Assembly: GCA_963786935.1 (NCBI GenBank)
Contig: CAWBAN010000003.1
Coordinates: 96,001 to 160,000, forward strand
Length of the DNA: 64,000 nucleotides
Reading direction: 5' to 3'
Origin: an uncultured bacterium
GTDB taxonomy: Bacteria; Krumholzibacteriota; Krumholzibacteriia; Krumholzibacteriales; Krumholzibacteriaceae
Positions 9,658 through 19,200 of the stretch are shown one piece after another. The translations under genes and the position numbers were made by a program. Below the pieces are notes generated by a model. It was not told where the DNA came from, searched no databases, and saw nothing but the letters and a program-made list of their open reading frames with translations. Position 1 is the first letter of the stretch, and every line of letters begins with the position of its first letter.

Positions 9658-9891
9658 TCACGCGATGTACTTCTTCAATTCATCGGCCGACGGGGCCGCG
9701 CCGGAGATCTTGACCTTCCCGTCAACGACGAGCGCGGGGGTCATCATGACGCCGAAATTCAAGATCTCGTTGATGTCGGTGACCTTCTCGATCTCGTATT
9801 CGATCCCGAGCGCCTCGGCCGCCGCCTTCGCGTTCTCCGCGAGCTTCGCGCATTTCGGGCAGCCCGTGCCGAGTATCTGTATCTTCTTCAT
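9658..9891 (-). CDS. Small redox-active disulfide protein (thioredoxin_3/MTH895/ArsE-like)
   Basis: IQILGTGCPKC...GVMMTPALVVDGKV. Confidence 0.88.
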   Translation of the reverse strand: MKKIQILGTGCPKCAKLAENAKAAAEALGIEYEIEKVTDINEILNFGVMMTPALVVDGKVKISGAAPSADELKKYIA

Positions 9892-9906
9892 GGCGTCCTC
9901 CCGGGC

Positions 9907-11082
9907 TCAGAGAGCCCCGTAGATCAATCCCGTGACGGTGGAGAGAATGATCACGAGGAGAATATACGCGGCGGCCTTCCTCGTGCCCATAATGCTTTTA
10001 ATGACGATCATGCTCGGGAGCGAGAGCGCCGGCCCCGCGAGCAGGAGCGCGAGCGCCGGGCCCTTTCCCATACCGCTTCCGAGGAGGCCCTGCACGATCG
10101 GCACCTCGGTGAGCGTCGCGAAGTACATGAACGCGCCGGCGATCGAGGCGAAGAGATTCGCGCGGAGCGAGTTGCCCCCGACGGCGCCGCTCACCCAGTC
10201 GGACGGAACGATCCCCTCGTTCCCCGGGCGGCCGAGCAGAAAGCCGGAAACGAGCACGCCGGCGAGGAGGAGCGGCATGATCTGCTTCGCGAAGCCCCAC
10301 GTCGCTTCGAGCCATTCGCCGGCCTCCTTCCGCGTCATGCGGAGGAGCAGGAAGATCGAAGCGCCGAGGCCGGCGAGGCACGCGAAGGCGACGATCCACT
10401 TCGCCGCGTAGATCGCGAACCACGCGCCCGACGTCTCCCGGGGCCGCGCCCAGTTCGCGAAGACGAGGAAACCGGCCATGGAGGCGAAGTACAGGGCGTT
10501 CTTCCAGAGAGGGCGCGGGACCTCGATCGACGGCATCGCGGCCTGCGCGCTCGCCTTGGCGTTTTCTTCCGCGCGGAAGAGAACGTGCATGACGAGCCCG
10601 ATGACGATGCTGAAGAGAACCGCGCCCGCCGCGCGGGCGACTCCGAGCCCCGGGCCGAGAATCCGGGCCGTGAGGACGATCGCGAGGATGTTGATCGCCG
10701 GTCCCGAGTAGAGGAACGCAGTCGCGGGGCCGATGCCGGCGCCCATCCGGTAGATCCCCGCGAAGAGGGGGAGCACCGTGCACGAGCAGACGGCGAGGAC
10801 CGAGCCCGAGACGGACGCCACGCCGTACGCGAGGGGCTTGCTCGCGCGCGCGCCGAGGTATTTCATCACGGAGGCTTTGCTGACGAACACGGCGATCGCC
10901 CCCGCGATGAAGAACGCGGGGACGAGGCAGAGGAGGACGTGCTCGCGCGCGTACCACTTCGCGAGGCTCAGGGCCTCGTTCACGGCGCCGTTGAATCGCG
11001 GCGCCCCGACCGGCAGGTAGAAGATCGCGAGAAAAAGGGCCGCGATCCAGAGAAACGGTTTCCACTCATTTCGCCAGGCCAC
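9907..11082 (-). CDS. ArsP/DUF318-family permease
   Basis: LAVCSCTVLPLF, FLYSGPAIN, MYFATLTEVP, LLAGPALSLPS; multi-TM. Confidence 0.85.
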   Translation of the reverse strand: MAWRNEWKPFLWIAALFLAIFYLPVGAPRFNGAVNEALSLAKWYAREHVLLCLVPAFFIAGAIAVFVSKASVMKYLGARASKPLAYGVASVSGSVLAVCSCTVLPLFAGIYRMGAGIGPATAFLYSGPAINILAIVLTARILGPGLGVARAAGAVLFSIVIGLVMHVLFRAEENAKASAQAAMPSIEVPRPLWKNALYFASMAGFLVFANWARPRETSGAWFAIYAAKWIVAFACLAGLGASIFLLLRMTRKEAGEWLEATWGFAKQIMPLLLAGVLVSGFLLGRPGNEGIVPSDWVSGAVGGNSLRANLFASIAGAFMYFATLTEVPIVQGLLGSGMGKGPALALLLAGPALSLPSMIVIKSIMGTRKAAAYILLVIILSTVTGLIYGAL

Positions 11083-11386
11083 GCCGCGCCTCCTCCTTCG
11101 ATCTGATCACCGTTTCGACGCAGGATATGAAATTGAGAATGCAGGGCGTTCCGAGAATATAGTAGACTTTCGAGCCGCGCTTCTCGTCCCGGACGATGCC
11201 CGCGTTCCTGAGCACCGAGAGATGTTTGGAGACGGTCGATACGTCGGACCCGACCATGGCGGTCAGTTCCCGGACGCAGCGCTCGCGGCGCGCGAGCTCC
11301 TCGACGATCATGAGGCGCGCGGGGTGCGCCATCGCTTTGATGATTCTCGCCCGGGCTTCGAGCCGGGCCCGTGATTTCGCGTTCAT
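11066..11386 (-). CDS. arsR: ArsR/SmtB family transcriptional repressor
   Basis: KAMAHPARLMIV...ERCVREL...STVSKHLSVLRNAGIV...VYY. Confidence 0.88.
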   Translation of the reverse strand: MNAKSRARLEARARIIKAMAHPARLMIVEELARRERCVRELTAMVGSDVSTVSKHLSVLRNAGIVRDEKRGSKVYYILGTPCILNFISCVETVIRSKEEARRGLAK

Positions 11387-11407
11387 GCGGGATCCCTCTC
11401 CTTCAGG

Positions 11408-11444
11408 TATTTGGCAATTTAGCCAAATAGCCAATAATTGTCAA
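11408..11444 (-). promoter_or_regulatory. sigma70 promoter of the ars operon with overlapping operator
   Basis: Minus-strand TTGACA (11444-11439), N17, TAAATT (11421-11416). Inverted repeat TATTTGGC-N6-GCCAAATA (11408-11429) straddles the -10 box. Confidence 0.8.
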
Positions 11445-11593
11445 GGGGGGGGCATCGAAAAGGAACCGGCGGATCGTCGGCGGCCCGCCCCGGCGCTCGA
11501 GGCGAATCTGCCGGCACGCAAACGAAATTGTTGACAGTCAGCCGGCAAAACCGGTAAATCGAGATGTTGGCCGATGTTAAGGGAGCCGGAGGG

Positions 11594-12025
11594 ATGCCGA
11601 CGCAGCGAAATAGAGTCGTAGCGCGCTTAAGCGACGGGAAGATGCTCAAGGGGTACACGCACGACTTCCTGCCCGGAAAGGAGCTATTTCACCTGATCGA
11701 ATATTCGACTTCGGGGGCCGGCGACATCCATGAAATAGAGACATCCAGCCTCAAGGCGATATTCTTCGTCAAGACATTCGGCGGAAACAAGGATTACAAC
11801 GAGAAAAAGAGATTTTCGGAGGTCGACACGGCGGCCCTTCACGGAATCAAGATCAAGGTTACGTTCAAGGACGGGGAGGTGCTGTGCGGTCTATCCCTCG
11901 GCTACAACAAGGAAAAGAAGGGCTTCTTTATCGTTCCCATCGATCCCTTGAGCAATAACGAAAGGATCTATGTGATCGCCGGCTCCACGAAGAGCGTCAT
12001 CGTAGGGCCCGGGGCCGAGCAATGA
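11594..12025 (+). CDS. Conserved hypothetical protein with internally duplicated small beta domain (DUF6982-like)
   Basis: Two similar halves (VVARLSDGKMLKGY / IKVTFKDGEVLCG). GGAGGG SD; TTGACA at 11531. Confidence 0.65.
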   Translation: MPTQRNRVVARLSDGKMLKGYTHDFLPGKELFHLIEYSTSGAGDIHEIETSSLKAIFFVKTFGGNKDYNEKKRFSEVDTAALHGIKIKVTFKDGEVLCGLSLGYNKEKKGFFIVPIDPLSNNERIYVIAGSTKSVIVGPGAEQ

Positions 12026-12095
12026 CCGGAGGACCGCCGTCCCGCCCGGTCGCCCCTTCGGCGATAATCGATAAAGACTTCGCTTCATCCCGCAA

Positions 12096-12125
12096 TTGAC
12101 TTCGTTCCACGACGTATGATATAAT
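12096..12125 (+). promoter_or_regulatory. sigma70 promoter upstream of the GEVED/S8 locus
   Basis: TTGACT-N18-TATAAT with extended -10 TG. Confidence 0.65.
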
Positions 12126-12443
12126 CCCCGCACCCGAACCCCAACATAAGACTGCGATCCGGCAGTCTGCCTGACGTGGAGGAAAGCCGATCGGACCCGG
12201 TCGAATCGGGTCCGTCGGGAGCACGGTCGGAGTTTAGCTCTTTGTAGCTGTTGCGCCGATACTCCATGCGTCCGACATCCTCAGCTGAGCAAAGGGTAAA
12301 CCTATATAAGCCCAAGTAATGCTCGTGGCATGTCCGGCTTCGCGCCGGGCATGAGAGGAGGTGACTGTCGCATCCGACTAAATCGTTTCAGCATCATGGC
12401 TCACCCGATCGAGCGGTGAGCCTGCAGATCAGGATAGGAGGAA

Positions 12444-13196
12444 GTGAACGTGAACTCCAAACTGAGCGCATTGCTAGTATGCCTCATATGCCTGATTCTC
12501 GCGTCCACGATCAGCGCCCAGGATGAAATCGCGATACGGACCGACAACGTGGTTCGCCTGTATTCGCCGAACCTGCCCGCCGACGTCAACGTCGCCGAGT
12601 GGGTAAGAACGGGCGAGCTCGGCGTTCTCGCGCCGATCGACAATCCGGGAAAGGCCACTCCCGGACCGGCGCCCGCTCCGTACCCGGTCGCGAGAATCTG
12701 GGAGAAGGGGATCGAACAGCTCGGCGGCTCCAACGCGACCTGCGACGGCATCTGCTTCGTCAACGGCCCGCTGTGGGTGCCCGGCAAGCATGCGTTGATT
12801 CTCTGGACGATTCGAATCCCGAACCCGGGCCAGCGGCTGCAGAGCGAGTTCCTGAAGGATCTCACCCTGCAGCTTTGGGTGGATTGGAACGAGAATAAGT
12901 CATGGGAGCAGAGGGAACGGATGATTGTGCAGAACATAAGCGTCCAGACCCTCCTGCCTTCCTCGGCGCCGTACCTCGAAGTCCAGTACCTGACGAGCTT
13001 CGTCATTCCGCGGATGGCCGTCTTCACGGGCGGGTCCGGGGCGACGAAGTACACCGCCAAGCTCTGGGTTCGAGGCGCGTTGACGTACGACGACAACGAC
13101 GCGGCGCCCATGGGCGAGCTCCTGTTCGGTGAAACCGAGGACTACCTCGTGAACTATCAGGAGATTCAGACCGACACGAAGATCAACAAGGGATAA
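12444..13196 (+). CDS. Secreted protein with C-terminal GEVED-like domain
   Basis: Signal peptide; LWVDWNENKSWE...LWVRGAL...GETEDYLV; AGGAGG SD. Confidence 0.7.
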   Translation: MNVNSKLSALLVCLICLILASTISAQDEIAIRTDNVVRLYSPNLPADVNVAEWVRTGELGVLAPIDNPGKATPGPAPAPYPVARIWEKGIEQLGGSNATCDGICFVNGPLWVPGKHALILWTIRIPNPGQRLQSEFLKDLTLQLWVDWNENKSWEQRERMIVQNISVQTLLPSSAPYLEVQYLTSFVIPRMAVFTGGSGATKYTAKLWVRGALTYDDNDAAPMGELLFGETEDYLVNYQEIQTDTKINKG

Positions 13197-13276
13197 CGGA
13201 TGCAGAAGCGTAGTGGTGATTGTGCGCGATCAATAATCCTCTCGCCGAAAGCGGCGAGTCGGAGAAAGGATCAGTC

Positions 13277-16200
13277 ATGACACATCGGAAAGCATTATTG
13301 AGCTGCGCAGCGGCACTTCTTGCACTCCTTATCCTGCTCCCGTCGGTGCAGTCGGCCGATCCCGTCGAAGGGGTCAAGGCCAAGATCGCGCCGGCGCTCG
13401 GAGTGCAAATGGCCGCCGCCCAGCCGGGCGACTACGTGACGGCGATCGTGAAGTTGAACACCGTCGCGAACGTCAAGGCGATCCGCGGCGACAGGAAAGC
13501 GGTTTTCACCGAGCTGCGCGCCGTCTCAAAGCGGACGCAGGACGGCCTCGTACAGTATCTCGGGACGGCCGCCGTGAAACCGAAGGTCAAGTTGGTCCGG
13601 CAATTCTGGATCGACAACATCGTGCTCGTGCAGGCGACTCCGGACGTGATCAGGGAGATCGCCGCGCGGCCCGACGTCCGCGAAGTGTTCGATAACTATA
13701 CGGTGACCATGCCGCCGCGTCCCGGCGACGGAGGTCACCCGGTGCTCCAGCAGGCGGCGCCCCTCTGGGATGCCCTCGGCAAGATCGGCGCCAAGCAGGT
13801 GTGGAGCACGTACGGGATCAACGGTACGGGTGTCAGGGTCGGCGGCCTCGATACGGGCGTCGATATCACGCACCCGGACATCGCCGGCAAGATGATCACG
13901 AACAATCCCTCCGATCCGACATACCCGGGGGGATGGGCCGAGTTCAACTCGACCGGCGGCATCGTGCCCGGATCGCTGCCCCGCGATACCGACCAGCACG
14001 GAACGCATACGACGGGCACCGCGATCGGCGGCAGCGCGAGCGGGTACCCGATCGGCGTGGCCCCCGGGGCCCATTTCATGCACGGCCTCGTCATCCCGGG
14101 CGGGAGCGGAACGTTCGCCCAGGTGGCGGGCGGCATGCAGTGGATCATCGACCCGGACGGCAACCCGGCGACGAACGACGGCGCCCAGGTCGTCAACATG
14201 TCGCTCGGCGGAACGGGCACCTATTCGGAAATGGTCGCTCCGACCGACAACATGGTCGCGGCGAACGTGTTTCCGAGCTTCTCGATCGGCAACAGCGGAC
14301 CGAACGCCTCGACGACGGGAAGCCCCGGCAACGTGCCGAGCGCCTTCGGCGTCGGCGCATCGGACAGCCTCGACGTGATCGCGTACTTCTCGAGCCGCGG
14401 TCCCGTGACGTGGAACTATCCGCCGTACGTCGGCACCTGGATCAAGCCGGACATCTCCGCGCCGGGCGTCGACATCTTCTCGTCCATTCCGGGCGGGGGA
14501 TACGCAGGGGACTGGGACGGTACGTCGATGGCCGCGCCGCATGTGACGGGCACCGTGGCCCTCATGCTCCAGGCCAACCCGACCCTCACCGTCGAGCAGA
14601 CGAAGCTGCTCCTCCAGCAGACCGCCGTTGACCGCGGCGATCCCGGCATGGATAACACGTACGGCTGGGGCCGCATCAACGCCTTCGCGGCGGTGTCGGC
14701 CGCCCTCACGGGCATCGGCACCCTCGAGGGGCACGTGTACAGCAGCGCCGGCGGCCTGCCCGTGCAGGGCGCGAAGGTCCGGCTGACGGACACCGGCCAG
14801 CAGGTGTACACGAACGCGGCCGGCTATTACATGCTGAAGGCGGTCGCCGGAATCCACAGCGTGCAGGTATCGCGCTTCGGCTTCGACGCGGTCACCGTGA
14901 CCGTGAACATCGCGGCCGACGTGACGACCACGCAGGATTTCACGCTCACGCAGCTGCCTTCCGGAACGATCGCGGGATACGTGACCGATGACGAGACGGG
15001 CGTCGGCATCGCCGCCTCCATCTCGGTCAAGTATCTCGGCGATCCGGTCTTGACGATATCGACGAATCCCGCGGACGGGTACTACAGCGTCACGCTCCCG
15101 ACGGGGACGTACGATCTCGTCTTCAACCCGTCCTTCCCGTATCCCATGACGACGAGGAACGGCATCGCCGTCGCCGAAGGCGCGACGACGACGCTCGACG
15201 TCGCCCTCGGACGCGCGCAGATCCTCATCGTCGACGACGACGCGGGCAAGGAGTACCAGACCTACTTCGAAACGGCCGTGGCCGGTTCGGGCAGGTCGTA
15301 TCTGACGGTGAGTGCGCCGCCGAACGCGGCTACGATGGCCCTCTTCGAGTCGGTCATCTGGCTCACCGGTAACGACTACACGACGACCCTGACCGCGACC
15401 GACATGACCGAGATCGCCGCCTTCCTCGACGGTGGTGGACGGCTCTTCATGACGGGTCAGGACATCGGGTACGATATCGGCACGACGACGTTCTATACGA
15501 ATTATCTGCATGCGTCGTACGTGCAGGACGACGTGGGGCTCGGCGGCGTGCTCGGCGTCGCGGCGAGCGCCGTGGGCAACGGATTCACGTTCGAGATCAA
15601 GGGCGGATCGGGCGCCAACAACCAGGCGTATCCGTCCGAGATCAATCCGGTCGCCCCGGCGTCGCCGGCGTTCGTGTACGATCCGGCAGTCCCGGCTGCC
15701 GCGGCGACCGCGAACGACGTCGTGAAGAACGGCGTCTCGGCCGACGCGATCACCGGCTCGGGGACCGCGGGTCTCACGTTCGAGAACGGCACGTACAAGC
15801 TCGTCTACTTCGCCTTCGGCTTCGAGGCCGTGGCGGACGCGACGACTCGCACGATGCTCATGGACCGGGTTCTCGACTGGCTGCAGGGCTATCCGAAGAT
15901 AGTCCATACGCCGCTCGGGGACACCGAGAACGCGACGAATCCCTACCGGATCGCCGCGGTCGTCACCTCGGATTACTTCGCGCTCGATCCCTCGACCATC
16001 GCGCTCGTGTACGACGCGGGGCTCGGGGACGTGACCGTGCCGATGACGGCGACGGGCGTGCCCGACGAGTACGAGGCGTTCATCCCGGCGCAGGCCATCG
16101 GGACGGAAATCGCGTACTACCTCACGGCGAGCGACGTCGAAGGACACGTCACGACCCACCCGATGGGGGCTCCCGCCGCGCGGCACATCTTCCACGTGAT

Positions 16201-19200
16201 GTGGGACACCGAGGATCCCGTCGTGATTCACGTGCGGCACCACAACACGAACGATCTCGATGGTCCCTATCATATCTACGCCGGCGTGACCGATAACATC
16301 GGCGTGGAATCGGTGTACCTCATGTACGCCAAGAACGGCGGGACGGCCCATCGCCTGCGGATGGAGCTCCTGCCCGACGGGCGCTTCCATGGGGCGATCC
16401 CGGGACCGACGGCGGTCGGCGACTATTTCGATTACTGGATATACGCCATGGACGAGGCATACGCGGGGAACGTCACGCGCGTGCCCGCGACCGGCGCGTA
16501 CCGGTTCGAAATCGTCGAATACTTCCTGTGGGATTTCGAGCCTGACGACGGCGGCTTCGCGCAGACGGGCAACATCTGGGAGTGGGGCATGCCGACGACG
16601 GGCCCCAACGCCGCGCATTCGGGCGTGAACGTCTGGGCGACCAAGCTCGCGACGACCTATCCGGCCTCGTCGAACGCGAAGCTCGACGCGCCGGAGATCA
16701 CGATCGCGGCGAGCAAGCCGTACACGATTCTCTCGTTCTGGCACTGGTACGAAACGGAGAGTACGTACGACGGCGGAAACGTGAAGATCTCCGCGGACGG
16801 CGGGGCCACGTGGACGCTCGTCACGCCGATCGGCGGCTACGACGGAACGGCGAGCACGGCGAACGCGGGGATTCCCGGCGAGAAGTGCTTCATCGGAACG
16901 GCGAACATGTTCTGGCAGCAGGAGATGTTCGACCTCTCCGCGTACGTCGGGCAGTCGATCAAGGTCCGCTTCCACTTCGGGAGCGACGGCAGCGTCCAGA
17001 AATCCGGCTGGTACGTCGACGACGTCATGATCCGGAGCACCGACACGGACGACTACCCGCCGACGATCAGCGGAACGACCGTGCCGGGGAGCACCTTCGA
17101 CACGGCCGGCCCGTACGCGATCACGACCCACGTGAACGATATCCTGTCGGGCGTGGGGGTCGTGTCGCTCTTCTACACGACGGATAACGGACTCACCTTC
17201 ACGGAAGTGCCGATGGCGCACGGCGCGGGGGATCTCTACAGCGGAGCGATCCCGGGCCAGCCGAACGGCACGAAGATCAAGTTCTACGTGAAGGCCGTCG
17301 ATTCGTCGGCCGAGGCGAACGAAACCGTCGATCCGGCGCTCGCGCCGGCGATGCTGTATTCGTTCGGCATCATGCCCTCCTCGGACATCCTCGTCGTGGT
17401 GAGCGGCTCGACCTCGGGCACCTCGCTCGCCATGTTCCAGGAAGCTCTGACGACGGCGGGCTATGACGCCGACTACTGGAACCGCACGACCCAGGGCTGG
17501 CTCACGACGGACAAGCTGCTCCTCTACAAGTACATCTTCGTCGATGAGAACAGCGGGCTCACGGCGGCCCAGATGACCGGCCTCACGGACTATCTGGCCG
17601 CGGGAACGCAGGGCGCCAAGAAGCGGCTCGTGCTCATGGGCCGCGATCTCGGCTACAACTCGACCACGCGTCCGTGGCTCGAGCAGTACCTGCGCGCCAA
17701 CTACGTGCAGGACAACCCGAACTACTGGCAGATCACCGGGTATCCGGGCGATCCGATCGGCGCGGGCGAGAGCTTCGTCATCTCCGGGTCGTATCCGGAC
17801 GAATGGCAGCGCTCGACGACCTGGCCGGGCGGCGAGATCGTGTACCAGTACACGGGTACCGGCACCGCGAGGAACCGGAGCGAGCTGCAGGGCGAGTACG
17901 AGAAGGAAGGCAAGGAGTGGGACGGCATCGTCCCGAACACGCCGATCAGCCTCGATGCGGCTGCGGCGATCAAGTACAACGCGACGAACTACCGTTCCGT
18001 CGCCTTCGCCTTCAACCTGTACTACATCCTGCAGGCCGATCGCCGGGCGGCGGTGATGGGTCGGACGATCGCGTGGTTGTCGGCGCCGGATATTCTCCAC
18101 ACGCCGCTCCACGACACCGAGGATACGTCCAATCCGTATCCGATCGTCGCGAGCATCTATTCCGAGACGCTCGATCCGACGCGTCTCTACATGACGTATG
18201 ATAAGGGCTCGGGTCCGGTCGCGGTCCTCATGACGCCGACCGGCACGCCGAACGAGTACCGCGCGTACATCCCGGCGCAGCCGAACGGCACGACGGTGCA
18301 GTACTACCTGAGCGCGGCCAACTTGGACGGCACGACGAGCTATCATCCGTCCGACGCTCCGGCGAACAAACACGTCTTCCGCGTGACGACCGACATCACG
18401 CCGCCCGAGATCGTCCACGTGCCGCTCGGCAATTCGGCCGACGTCACGGGACCGTATCTCGTGAAGGCGACGATCACGGACAACATCGGCGTCAATCCGG
18501 CAGCCGTGTTCCTTTCGTACAACAAGAACGGCGGCGCCAGCTCGACGGTCGCCATGACCGCCATGGGCGGCGACGTCTATCAGGCGTCGATCCCCGGCCC
18601 GGCCGTCGTCGGCGATGTGTTCAACTACTACATCACCGCGCGCGACGTGGCCTCGGTGCCCAACGTCGGACGCAGTCCGGCGGCGGGGTACCACATGTTC
18701 ATGATCGTCGATTACTACGCGTGGGACTTCGAGGCCTCCGGCGGCGACTTCGCGGCGGCCGGCACCGATTGGGAATGGGGCGCGCCGAGCTACGCTTCGG
18801 GACCGCCCGCGGCCCACTCGGGAACGAAGCTGTGGGGAACGAAGCTCGCGGGAACCTACTCGGCGAGCTCGAACTCCCGCCTCGAGACCCCGACGGTCAC
18901 GGTGCCGACCTCGGCCCCGTACGCGACGCTGACCTTCTGGCAGTGGTACGCGAACGAGACCAACTACGACGGCGGCAACGTGAAGATCTCGACGGACGGC
19001 GGAGCGACCTGGACGCTGCTCAACGGGGATGTCGCCTACGACGGGACGTCCAAGTCGAACACGGCAGGCATTCCGCTCGAGTCGATCTACACGGGAACGA
19101 CGACCGGCAACTTCTGGAACAAGGTGACGGTCAACCTCACCGCGTACCGGGGCCAGCCGGTCAAGATCCGGTTCCACTTCGGAGCGGACGGATCGTTCCA

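Noticed and set aside
12326..12345. sigma54 promoter at TGGCATG
   Set aside because: No GC at the -12 position (GG-N10-GC spacing fails).
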